Below, piece by piece: positions 51,650-64,000 of a DNA stretch of 64,000 nucleotides. Position numbers and translations under genes: made by a program. Below the pieces are notes generated by a model, which saw only the letters and a list, made by a program, of their open reading frames with translations, was not told the origin of the DNA and ran no database searches. The DNA is taken from the NCBI GenBank assembly GCA_030704615.1, contig CM060732.1:2232001-2296000 (forward strand). The letters run 5' to 3'. Origin of the DNA: Takakia lepidozioides (Eukaryota > Plantae > Bryophyta). Within the stretch, counting starts at the first letter, position 1, and every line of letters starts with the position of its first letter.

Positions 51650-53098
51650 AATGGTCAGTTGGCTAGCATGATGGCGTTATCGTTTCCTCCAGTTCGGCGA
51701 CTATATGCGGGAGGTGAGTTGGACGAATTCGCGTCACGTTGAATATTATGCTACTCATTCTTTGTAACTTGCTTGTAATCTCAACATGTGCATGTGCAGG
51801 AAATGTGTCTGGACTTCGACACCGACATGCCAACAACAAACATGGCCAAATCAGTACATTCTTCATGGCGTGCCTCCTCTGCGGCGCATCTTGTGGACGG
51901 CGGAGATCGAAGAATCCTCGGAAGTGGGCGGCGGCCTTGCGAGAGGGCCTTCGGGACATGCCATTGCTTCGAAGAGGCCAACATTTGGAAGGAGATGTTC
52001 ATACTCGTCCAGTGAGACGAAGACTTGACGAGGCACCTGGCGGGGAAGAGGATTCATGGCGAGCTGACAAGAATATTCGCACGCTCCCTCGTGGTCCCGT
52101 GATGTTGCCTGAGGAGGTCTCGTCGAGCACCGCAAGTCCTGCACGTTCAAGATCGCCATCTCCTTTGAGCACAAGGCATGTGCCCGAGGAACATAACGAG
52201 CCATCTGTAGTAACGCAGTACAACATACCCATTGTGGAGACAAGAGTGTCGGAGTCACAGTGGAGAATAGCAAGGATATTGCCGGCATTTCGAGGGAAGT
52301 GCTGCGCCATCCGGGTGGATACGAGAGCACGCTGTGGTGAGATGATTTGGAGGAACCCACACGGTGCTGTACCTGCACCTTGTTTCAGCTGCAGATTTTT
52401 GACTCCCACGTACATTCTCTCACGCCACAACGCAGACGTTTTGGTTCTGTAGGCACGACATAATGACCTATGTATTTGGCAAGCCCAAGTACGGGATTCA
52501 GGGAATGCCTGAGCCTCCGGGCGTCTGGCCTGTTGCACCGGGTTGCAACATCTCTCATAATGAGGCGGATGCTCTTTCTGCAGCAGGATTTCGAATGGTG
52601 CAACGCACAGACGTCTCGGCCTACTCGTTTCCAGTTCCTTAGACCCAGCCATTGCAGGCTGTTCCGTCCAGTAGAGACGGATTGGACAATTCTGCACATC
52701 CCACAATGCGATTCGGAAGAGTGAAGAGACGACATCCTCCCAACAAGTTGAATGAGACTCGGATTGCCAATGCTCTTGGGATGGCTTGCACTATTCAGAG
52801 CTCCGTGGACGTATCCCCACCCGGCCTTGGGTGTGTTTATCGGATGACAACGGCCGGCTCAGCTGTACGCGACGACGTATACACAATTACGATTGGAGTG
52901 GAGCCGACTTGCAATTGTACAGACTTCTCATTGATGGAAGTAAAGAAGGGGTCAAAGTATTATCCGTGCAAGCATCTGTATTACATTTACCTAAAGAGGT
53001 TGAGGATGAACTTGACTATTGATGACTTTATTCATGCACCAGCGTTGAGCGTGAACGAGCTGCACAAACTCATCCGCCGGGATTCCATAAATCATTGA
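51650..53098 (+). pseudogene. MULE transposase C-terminal half (catalytic-Glu region, Cys-rich linker, SWIM)
   Basis: WLA*WRYR | intron 51714-51799 | PTTNMAKSVHSSW (TNxAESxH-like, E->K at 51848-51850); PTCNCTDF...YPCKHLYY. Confidence 0.72.
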
Positions 53099-55479
53099 TG
53101 GGGAAAAGGGAATCCACCATATGGATATTTGCAATTGCATTTTTATGCATTAGACTTTGTTTTGCAGTGTATTGAATTGCACCCCAAAACTCCTGGAATG
53201 AGACAGACAATATTAAAGTGATGTCTTTTAAACACTAGGGACTGTTGGATATCCGTTGACGTCCAGTGACAATTCAATGTCGAAACAGAATCAATACAAA
53301 GATGGCGGCAGGAAAAATTTGCAAATCTTCCAGAAAACTGAGTTCCAACAGTTGCATTTGAGGGGGCCATTTCTGGAAAAATGGCGCCGAATTTCCCTTT
53401 TTTGGGCCGAAAACTAGCTAAGTCCCAACATTGTGTGGAAAAATGGCGCCGAATTTCCAGTTACATGGCCCAGAACTGCCCAACATTTGTGCAATGTCTG
53501 GCACTATGTACCGAAATTCGGCGCCACATTCCAAATTTTGGGCTTACACTTCAATGAAGTTGGGACCTATAACCGCGAAATTCGGCACCATTTTTCGCCG
53601 GAGTCACCTACTACCGCGCAATACGTCGCCGATTTTTGCTTGCAGAACCTATTACCGCGAAATTTGGCTCCATTTTTGCAGATGTCGCTCGGAATTCGCA
53701 TGAGCGGAAGACGAAATATCATGAGCACGGCTCTCAAAACTACAATTTCTACTTCAAACAATGAATATTATATTGGTTTTTCTGACACATCCCATTAAAA
53801 TAATGTTTTTAATGTTTTTTATTTGGAGAATTTGTACTTCTGCTCATGAAAACCGATTGTCTTACTACTCCGCTCATGCCGCTCATGCTCATGAAATAGT
53901 TAACCTCGATGACACGTCAATTCATGATCTACCATATTTCGTGTCAATAGTGACAGCATATGGTTATATCCAAATTGCATCATTATCACCACGTTTGATA
54001 AAACAATGGTCACAAAAATAATGGCCCAAGAAGGCTGAAACATGGAAAAAGAACAACCTTTAGCTTTGAATGTCAGTCTCATCGTTTGCATTTATTGTTT
54101 CCAGTGAACACTGGTTATAGGAAGGTTATGGCAGACAGACAACAATTACAATCTAGTCAATGTAAGATTAGGTTTGAAACTTGGTTTAGCTTCAAGCAGA
54201 TGTGGGACTTTTGCAACCAGACACAACCTGACCTACCCTTCGTGCTCATGGAAAATCAATCATGGAGACTCACTGTGCGGGTCTGAAACAAGGAAGTAAG
54301 GTGTAATCTAAGCTGCACTTTTCTTCTTTCCCACCCAATCACGAGTGAAAGCTTCCGATTCCGTCTGCAAGAAACTCCTCCCCATTTGTTGTCTTTTCAA
54401 ATCATAGGTAATCTGGAGCTTGAAATCCGGCCCTCTTGGATGAATCTGGACCCACACTCGATCCCTGCTCCTTCAGCTATCCATGCCTGTGCTTGTAAGG
54501 TGAACGATGGCGGAAAACGCAGAGCTCCTGCAGTTCAAGAAGATCAAGATCCGGGCATTGCGGGCAGTTCCAAAAACGTTGGTGCGGCGATTTCTATTGG
54601 CCTATTTCGCGCGGGCCGTCTTGGCAGATTCCAAAGAAATTGACGATGACAATGATGTGGCTACGATGACGTGTCTATGATGATGTGGTGACAAAACGTG
54701 GCGACGATGACGTGGCACTGTGGCACCCTATTCCTGCTCTACGCTAAACTAGCTTCCGACCTTCGGTGGTCGCTAGAATTTCTAAGATCTATCCAATGAA
54801 TCTTGAAATTAGAGTGTCCCTTGAGACTAGAGTGTCCCTGTTCTCTCTTTCGCCGGCTGATTTATATCAGTCCGTCGCCCTACATCCGTCACTTGTTTTG
54901 ACTACTTTCATCCATCCCTTTCTCCAAAAAAATAAATAAATTACTACTGGTGCATTTAAGCACCGACACCTAGTTAAAGTTTTTAATTAATTTCCCCTAG
55001 AGTGTTCATTAATATAAGATATATTTTTTTTTATAAAAATCCTTCAGATCTGCGCCCTCCACCTGAACGGTCTAGATCGAACCACGTGTTTTTCTTCCAT
55101 CCATTGTCATCCGTCCAAAGATCCAGCCCGTAATTCATCCATCCATGGTTCCATCCGCTCATTTCATCCATTTTCATTCTTTCTCATCCATCTATAACTT
55201 TCATCCATCCATGGACATGACCAACTTACATTGATACATGAGCCGTTTTAAGTCCTCATGAATGTTGCTCCTCATCCATATTATTCATCCGTTTTGGGAG
55301 GTGGGGATCGCTACCCTTGATCAACCAATATCCAACGGTTCACATTTATCCTTGTTTTCCCATTAGCTCCTTTTTCCGTGCTATGTTGAGATCGGGGCAA
55401 GGTTCCCATGCTTGAAGTAGCGAGTTGTAGCGCTTGATTGCTTTGAGAGTTGTCTATTGGTGAGACTTCCAGTACAAAT

Positions 55480-55996
55480 AGACATATTTGCCCACATTTG
55501 TTGAGTAAAAAAGACATCGATCTTGAATCATTCTTGACGTTGAAGACTATTCGTTGAGTTCTAAATCATACCTCCATACCATGTAGCCTCTAGGGTACTG
55601 TCCGCAAACCAAAAGCTGAGTTCCTGTAACTGCCGACTCCTTGTCAGAAACTTCAAAGGTATAATCCACAGGGCAGCCTGGCAGACAACGCCAACGCGTA
55701 CTAACGGAATCAAACGCCCACCACTTCCGTGCACTTATAAGAGGCAGTTCATTGTGTGCAGGACCAGCCAACATGTAAACCCATTCCTCCTTGATCTCTA
55801 CCCGTTTGCGAGTCTCAAGGACGTCGTTGCAGCCTTCGTCATCAATCACCACTAGCGCATTCTGCCATTTCTTACAACCACCTTTCAACGGTAAATAATA
55901 AGAGCGAGGCACCCGTGCAACGCATTCTAGTGTCACATGGTCTGTCAATCCCGGAATCAAGGAGTTGTCCTTGGACTCGTCCTCCGGCTCTGCCAT
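55480..55996 (-). pseudogene. F-box/kelch-repeat gene 5' fragment
   Basis: SLIPGL...CVARVPRS...EEWVY...SDKESAVTGTQLLV...VWRYD; stop at a Trp position, then MIQDRCLF. Confidence 0.75.
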
Positions 55997-56134
55997 TGCT
56001 AGAATTCCATTTTATTTATGATTTCTTAATATGATTTCATACTAAACTTCATAAAATATATACTAATGTACATAAAATGTGCTATTCTAAATTATGATCC
56101 AAAAAATTGATCGACAGTAACTGATACTTTGCAT

Positions 56135-58598
56135 CCACTTGGAGTCCTGGGTCGAAACTCATCAAGGAAATCAAAAGATTGAGCAGGAACTTCATTTGGG
56201 GGGTTGAGTCCTCCACCCAGAATAAAAGACCCCAAGTATCCTGGGCCCAAATATGCCTTCCAAAAAAAATGGGAGGCCTAGGTGTTTTGGACCCCAAATT
56301 GCACATTTAGGCTCTTTTGGGAAAATGGATCCTCAGAGTCATTGGGCCAGGTGGCGGCTGGTGGAAGCTCATGGTCTCCACCACCATTTCCTCCTCCTCC
56401 CCCCCTGCAACGTGTCCTCTGGCCTGCATCCAATCGCTGGCTACTGCAAGGCTTCAACCACAAATCACCAGGCTCCCCTCTTTGGTCTTCAATCTGGAAT
56501 TCCTGGAATTCCCTTAGGCCATTCTTGAGGAAACATGACCCTTCCACGTTCCAGGAGACACTAAGACAACACTTGTTCCTTAATGAACCGAATCCCTCTC
56601 TTCAGGAAAGACAAGCAGCGAAGAAGTGGGCAGCTTGGTGGGAGTCTAGGGGTATCTCGACAGTCAACAATCTATGGGTTAGTTCCCCCCAATTGCTGCA
56701 GCAAGCTCTGGGGACTACCCACCTTAGATCCGGGATAGCTCAAATCATTCTCTCTATCCCAGACACCTGGAAACTAATTCTCAAAGCAGGGCAGGGTGAT
56801 CGTCATCCTGGTCAATGGGTTATGCACAATCCTCCCTCTTTGCAGGTCATCTACGTTTCCGAAGTCTCTCAACTCTGGTTCAAGGGCTTCCGCTTCACAG
56901 CAGATGACCTTTCAGGCCGTCTTTGTCTCTCCAGTCAGGACCCTGTTACATTCCCTACATCCAATACCACCCCGGTTCGTATCCACCATTGGACCTCCCC
57001 GGACAAAGTATTCAATCCCTTTGCACCCAGAGGGACAAACACCCTTACATGGCTTAGCAAGGGATCATTCGTCTTATTTGGGAATTCTGGGGTTTCTACT
57101 TTGCAATTTGACCCATCTGAATGGAATTGGGAATTCCAGGAAGACCTCCACCCCCTGTTCTCATACACAGCCAAGATGGGCTACAGAGCTATGCTCACAG
57201 CAAGCCCTCTTATCTCAAAATGGGAAGGCAGATGGGCTCATGAAAATTTCAATCAGGAAAACTGGAAGGGCATATGGGCGGTGATCTGGGAAAAGACAAA
57301 GCTAGCCAAAATTAGTGCATTCTTGTGGCAAGTGGCAAACAGGGTTCTCAAGGTGGGCCAGTTTTTGAATTTCAATGACGCGCTCCTGTGTCACTGCTGC
57401 ACAAACCAGACAATAGAAACGTTGGAACATTGCCTTCTCTACTGTCTGGCACCAGCAACCATCTGGCCGATGGTTCAAAGCTTCTACAGCTCTTGGGATT
57501 CATTGCACTTTGGATCCATGGCAATCCTACTCAACTATTGCAAAAGCCAGAAATCCAAGGCCACAGACTGCCCTGTCTTTGAGTCTCTCAGAAGCTTGGT
57601 ACTCTGGCACATTTGGAAAAGTCGATGTGCTTGGGCTATCAACTATGAGAACACCTCTGCGTCGGCGATCTTATCTCTTGTTTTTTTTTATCTATTGATT
57701 GCTCCTAAAAAAGCTTGGGCTTCACTGTGTGCAAAGGCCGCCAAGAAACCACAGCGTCTGTCTGCCCTCATCTCTGCCTACCGCGCCAATTGGGGCAAGG
57801 ATGGGATCCTTTGTCGCTGCTCTAATGACCTCACCTGTGTATGGGCGGACAAACTCCCTTGCTGTTGGGAAGGACACAGAGGTCTCCTCTTCAGCCTCCC
57901 CTGAATTTGACAAATCCGAAATCAATTGAAAACATGCCCGTTCGTCTTCAGCAATGCAGCTCCACTTCCATCGGTAGCTTCAGGTTTCATTCTGGCTCGG
58001 CTGCCTCTCTCCACCTCCTCCCCTGATCACCTCCACCGCCCCGTTCCCCTTCGCAATCTCCACTGCGTTCCGTTTCGGGGCCTACCCTACCCCTACGGCT
58101 CCCGCTCTCTCTCTCATTCACCTTAATTTTTTTCCAGCTCTCGGTTCAAGCTGCGTTTTATTTTAGCCTTGGACAGGCACTTGGGCTTAGCCAGGCTCTT
58201 CTTTTTAGCATGTTCTTCCTTGCATGCTGGTTATTTAGGCAATGCTTTGTTTTGGACATGAAGGTTATATCGTCACTATCTTGAAGTCTTCCTGATGGCA
58301 GAACGATTCGGTCTTCGTCATCTGTTACATGGTCTTTCATGGGTTCACATACCCTCCATTGGGCTTAGAAAAGCCCACTTATTTTAGGCAGCAAGCCGGT
58401 AGAGCACTCGATCTTCTTGCGGTATATCCGAGAAGTATCCTCGGTGTCGAATTTCAATTATCATGCATGGCTCCCATGCGTCATACCTTAAGGCAACCTC
58501 TGGGCAATCAAGGGTTTTAATTTTTTTCCCTTTCAAATAATTCAGGAATAAAGTTTCTAACCAGGGCCATGTCCCCAGTTCTCCAAAAAAGAAAAAAA
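56135..58598 (+). mobile_element. 5'-truncated L1-type LINE (ORF2 C-terminus, 3' UTR, A-rich tail)
   Basis: RNFIWG...VSWAQICLPKKMGGLG; zf-RVT-like KISAFLW...CHCC...ETLEHCLLYC; AATAAA at ~58547 and A tail at 58586-58598. Confidence 0.8.
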
Positions 58599-58890
58599 CG
58601 CTAGGTCAGTGAAATGCCAATGAAAAGATAGTCAAATGTTTTATTACTTATTTAGCCATATTAATATATATTTAATTATATGTTGCAGATACATGACGTG
58701 TCAGTGTATGGATGGGTGTCTCAGTCCAGTGAACCAAGGTAATCAATTTTTTCACTATATTTGTAATTATGGCCCTATCATCGATTATGTCAAATATTTT
58801 AATATTATTTTTAGCTAGGCAGTCAATCAAATAGTCAAAAGTGACAACTCGATGAAATAGTCAAACTGTAATGTTGAACGTTGGTAAGCT

Positions 58891-61800
58891 GTAACGTTGT
58901 CAAATTGTAACATTGGTGTGTTGTAGTGTTTGGTGTTGTAGCCCAGAGGAACTTATCAGGAGTAAATACCAGAAGTTACCAAGTTATCATGTTATTAAAA
59001 GTTACCGTGATTTACCATGGTCTACCATGATTTACCATAAATTACCATTAGTTATCAAGTTACCGGGAGTTTACCAAATTACCGAGAATAACTTGGGAAA
59101 CTGCTCAGGAGGCTTCTTTTGGAGGAAACTTCTCCATCAAGAAACCTTTGTTTAATCTTGGAAACTTATCCATCAAGAAACCTCATTTGGGGAAATCTCT
59201 TAGGGAACCTCCTAGTAACCAGTATATATAAGAGGCGAGACTGGACACTCTTCAGTCTCGCCAATACAAGTTCAAGCTACTCTTGTTTCCAGTCCCAGTA
59301 CTCCAGTCCAGCTTCCAGTACTCTAGTCCAATTTCCAGTATCTAGTACTCCAGTCCAGTTTCCAGCATTCCAGTATCCAAGTCAAGTTCCAGTATCTTGT
59401 ACTCTTGTCCATTGTTATAAAGATCATCTTGATTCATGTATACCCATCATGCATTCGGCCACGCCGACCTTGACTTCTTGTCTAGTCTTGTAGCTCTAGT
59501 CTGATCTCTTGTTTGTGTTCAGTCATGCTCTCGTCCTTGACAGTTTGACGAGACTAAAGTTTGTTCCTTAGTTAGTTAAGATGGAAGGCACATTTGCGGA
59601 AATGGTCGCCACATTGCAAAGTCTTCAGCTCCAGATACAAGAACTTCGTACCTCTACGCCCAATTACAAGCTGATCAGTCTCAAGATCTTGGCAAAGCTC
59701 TCCACAATTTGTAACGACAAATTTCAGAGTTAAAGAAATCGAATGATTCTTCAACCATACAAGTCTCTACTGCAACAGCTCTTACTGCAACGGTTCCTCT
59801 TCAACAGATTACGAGAGAACCAAAGATCGGCATGCCCAAGAAATTTGATGGGACGAGATTTCGCGGTTTTGTTCAACAAATACGACTGTTCCTACGACTA
59901 CATCCACAACGTTACCCTGATAAAGGTATTCAAGTGGGATTCGTGGGCACCATTCTATCAGGCACTGCCCTATCTTGGTTTGTACCGCTATTAGGAAAAA
60001 ATTCGCATTTAGTATACAATTTTGAAGCATTCATGTCCGAGTTCACTGCAACGTTTGGAGAGAATGATAGGGAGAGAGTTGCAGAGACAAAGATGCGAAA
60101 TCTTCGACAAGGAGCACATCCTGCTTCCGTTTATGCTGTCGAATTTCGACAACTTACGTGCGACCTCGACTGGAATGAGAAGAGCCTCATTAGTTAGTTT
60201 CGATGTGGGCTAAAAGATGATGTAAAAGATTTGTTGCTGACAATGCCAAACGTGAGTACATTGAGCGAATTCATCACCCAAGTCATTGCATGCGATAATC
60301 GTTTGTTCGAAAGACGTCAAGAGAAGCGATCTGGATGGTCGACGACATATCATGCCGCTGCTAATACAACGATCCATCAGACATCCGGTAGTGATGTTAT
60401 GCAGATTGATGTTGTCCAATTCAAGCCATTGACGCCACAAGAAAAACAAAGATGACGCTCGAATGGATTATGCCTCTATTGCGGAGAAGAAGATCACATA
60501 GCATTAAACTGCCCCAACAAGATAAGATTCAAAGCTCGGGGCGCAACTCAAGTGTTCGATACGAGGAGGTCGGAAAACGAAGATGTCCAGACACAGTAGG
60601 GACCATGCGGCTGGACACCACAAATTCCTCACCAAAAAAAGGTCTTTTTCTACCTCTAGACCCTGCACCTTGCTTCACAGTTCCGTTAAAAATCAGAGTG
60701 CAAAATCGAGATATCTCTGTAGAAGCACTTTTGGACTCAGGGGCTTCAACATGTTTTATTGACAAAAACTTTGCGAAACAACACAATTTAACGCTCCTAA
60801 AGAAGAAACTATCGGCCCCCGTTGAAGTCATCGATGGACGACCGTTAGCATCAAGAAATGTTGACCATGAAACTCGACCACTTGAAGTGAAGCTTGAAGA
60901 TCAAGCATCACATATTGTTTCAACATCATCCAGTCTCCAACGAATCATGTGATCTTTGGACTTCCCTGGTTCGTACTTCACAATCCTGACATCGACTGAC
61001 GATCGCGAAAAATTTCTGCAAGACAAAAATGTAGAAATATCAAAGGTATTCAACCCCTATTCCTTGGAGCTAGAGCTTTCATGAGAACTACAAAAAAAGA
61101 TGCGACATTTGCACTTTATGCGACTCCGATCAAGACCACAACAGACAAAGGTACTTCGACATTATCCACTCAATATCAAGATTTCAAGGATGTCTTCGAG
61201 AAGAAAAATGCAGACATATTGCCAGAACATCGACCTTATGACTGTACAATTGAGTTACAAGAAGGAGCCCAACCACCATTCGGCCCAATCTATAACTTAT
61301 CCCAGACGGAGTTGGTTGCATTACGTGAGTACATTGATGAAAATTTGTCGAAGAACTTCATCCGACATTCAAAATCACCTGCGGGTATCTTGTTTGTGAA
61401 AAAGAAGGACGGATCATTACGCATGTGTGTGGATTATCGCGGTCTCGACAAAGTCACAATTAAGAATTGTTATCCGTTGCCGTTGATTTCTGGGTTTCTC
61501 GACCAACTGGGACGAGCGAAGATTTTCACCAAAATTGACTTGAAATGAGCTGATAACCTTGTACGGATTGAAGAAAGAGACGAATGGAAAACAGCTTTTC
61601 GAACAAGGTATGGACATTTTAAATACAGTGTTATGCCTTTCGGTGTCTTACAAATGCTCCAGCAATTTTCCAACATATGATGAATGACATCTTTCGAGAA
61701 TTTTTAGATGACTTTGTAGTCATCTATTTGGACGACATTTTGATATTTTCACAGAATGAAGAAGAACATGGCGGCCATGTACGCATTGTCATTGATAAAT

Positions 61801-64000
61801 TAAGAGAAAGAGGACTATATGCCAAGTTGGAAAAATGTCTTTTCCATCAATCTGAGGTCGAATTTCTGGGCTACATTATTTCCGACAAAGACGTCTTTAT
61901 GGATCAGAAGAAAATACAAACCATCATCGAGTGGATTAAACCAACTTCGGTCTGAGATGTACAATGTTTTCTGGGATTTGTAAATTTCTATAGAATCTTC
62001 ATCAAGGACTACTCCAAAATTGCTGCACCATTGACACGACTCACATGGAAGGACAAACTTGTATGGGACGAGAAAGCTGACCAGACATTTGAAAGGCTGA
62101 AGCATGCATTTATAACGGCCCCAATACTGGTACATGCAGACCCATCTAAACCATTATTTTTGGAAGCAGATGCATTGGACTTTGCACTTGACGCTATACT
62201 CTCTCAATACGGTACTGATGGCCGACTTCACTCTGTTGGTTTTCGTTCTCGCAAATTTTTCGCTGCAGAGACTAATTATGAAATCCATGATAAAGAACTT
62301 GTAGCGATCATCGATGTTTTTTAGGAGTGTCGTCATCTATTGGAGAGAGCTAAATATCAGGTCACTGTCTACACCGATCATAAAAACCTCGAACATTTTA
62401 TGAGTGCTCGTGTTTTGAATCGACGTCAAACAAGATGAGATATGTTACTAGCAAGGTTTGATTTTGTGACATCTTCAAAGGAAACCCGATGTTCTTTCTC
62501 GACGATCGTATCTTGCGCCGAAAAAAAGGGAGACAGCTTTCGACCAACAGAAATTCATTATCTTGAAACCAGCAAATCTCCAATTGAATATGTTATCTAT
62601 GTCCACCTATGACGATGCAGAGATCATAAATAAGATTCAGGAAACACTGAAGAGCGACCAATTTGCTACGACACTACGAAGTCAACTAAATCGACCTCGA
62701 GACAACCCACATGTTACAAACGACTTCGAATTCAAAGATGACTTACTTTCTTTCAAGGGACTTCTCTATGTACCTCCAGGACCTACACGACTGCGAATTT
62801 TTCAAATATGTCATGATCTTCCGGCTGCAAGACATTTCGGCTTCAACAAAACAATGAAATTGATATCCAGGGACTATTGGTGGCCGCAAATGTAGAAACT
62901 CGTGAAAGAATTTATAAAATTTTGCGACACGTGTGCTAAAGCGAAGGGACCACGATATCGATCTTACGGCCTTCTTCAACCATTACCCATTCCCAATGGT
63001 CCATGGTCGTCCGTGTCTATAGACTTTATTACGGACCTTCCAATTTCCAAGACCAACGATTCAATCCTTGTTATTGTAGATCGTTTTACAAAGATGACAC
63101 ATTTCATTCCATGTAATAAGACGGTTACCGGCGAGGAAATTGCAAGACTCTTCTTTAATACTATCTACCGCATTCATGGACTCCCGAAGGACGTCGTATC
63201 TGATCGAGGACCACAGTTCATATCAAATTTCTGGAGGGGATTATTTCACATATTGGATACTAAGATCAATCTCTCTACATCTAATCATCCCTAGACTGAT
63301 GGTCAAACCGAACGCATAAACCAGATTTTGGAGCAGTGTCTTCGCTGTACGATAAATTATCACCAAGATAATTGGACGGACTTTCTGTCATTGGTTGAGT
63401 TTGCCTACAACAACACTATACATTCTTCGACCAAGCAAACTCTATTTTTCTCATGGTTATCATCCTCGAGCAAACCCTTTCTACATGAAGACTGTTGGAA
63501 GCCCTGCTGCAGAAAACATTGCTACTCATCTTGCTACGATTCACAAGGAGCTTACATTCCACCTCGCAGAAGCTCAAAAACAATACAAGGAGTATGCAGA
63601 TCAACATCACCAACTCCAACCCCAGTTCAAGGTCGGAGATCGTGTGTGGCTTCTTCGACATGACATACAAACCTCGCGACCATCAATGAAGTTGGATTAT
63701 TAACGCCTGGGACCATTCAAAATTATTCGACAAATAAATCCGGTCAGTTTTCGGCTTGAACTCCCTACCACCTCCACCAATCGAAGTCAATCATGAAATC
63801 GAGTATGAAGTCGATGAAGTCCTAGACTCTCGTATCAAGTATAAACGTCTTGAGTATTTCGTACATTGGAAAGGCTACGACATCAGCGAACGAACGTGGG
63901 AACCTTCATCCAACCTTGTCAATGCATCTGACAAAGTCCAAGAGTTTCATCAATGATATCCAGCTAAGCCCCGATCTACACGTCAATAAGACGTCACAAC
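58891..64000 (+). mobile_element. Degenerate Ty3 chromovirus (Tf1/Tcn1-like): 5' LTR to 59542, gag, PR, RT, RH, INT, chromodomain
   Basis: MPKKFDG gag, CLYCGEEDHIALNC, LLDSGAS, YLDDIL, EADA, SIDFITDLP, VVSDRG, chromodomain EYEVDEVLDSR...VHWKGY...TWEP; many stops. LTR start approximate. Confidence 0.9.

Larger units (their letters stand above)
49415..53907. mobile_element. Internally deleted Mutator-like DNA transposon (4493 bp) with divergent methyltransferase-like and transposase genes
   Basis: TIRs GGGGGTTGCTATTTCATGAGC / GCTCATGAAATAGTTAACCTC; TSD GATGACACG at 49406-49414 and 53908-53916. Confidence 0.88.

Noticed and set aside
54745-54780. Helitron-like 3' hairpin + CTAG (similar motif at ~44520-44549)
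   Set aside because: Weak hairpins, not followed by T, and no 5' TC end identified
54640-55295. CATCC-rich and GACGTGGC-rich stretch suggesting a MITE
   Set aside because: Could not define paired TIRs or a TSD

Overview
Repeat-rich nuclear DNA of a land plant, probably a non-seed lineage (inferred from the PLS/DYW-PPR style and the Tcn1-like and non-chromovirus Ty3 elements). One apparently intact host gene: an 8-exon SPL2-like GIDE+RING E3 ligase (30759-36018). The rest is nested, mostly decayed mobile DNA and gene fragments: three Ty3/gypsy elements, a ~50-copy 116-bp palindromic satellite, a CACTA Tnp2 remnant, a Crypton-like tyrosine-recombinase element with a Tc1/mariner MITE inside it, a TRIM whose LTRs contain a tRNA cloverleaf, LINE remnants, PPR/DYW pseudogenes, and ISA3, ALY and F-box-kelch fragments. 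The best candidate for a new system is a Mutator-like (MULE) family. One TIR- and TSD-bounded copy (49415-53907) carries a transposase remnant and, on the opposite strand, an intron-containing beta-class (N4C/N6A-type) DNA methyltransferase-like gene. Related remnants supply a GCM-like zinc-binding N-terminus (10831-11812, 22297-23460), and a ParB/Srx-domain gene lies near one of them (25077-25510). All family calls come from reading motifs by eye; no searches were run.
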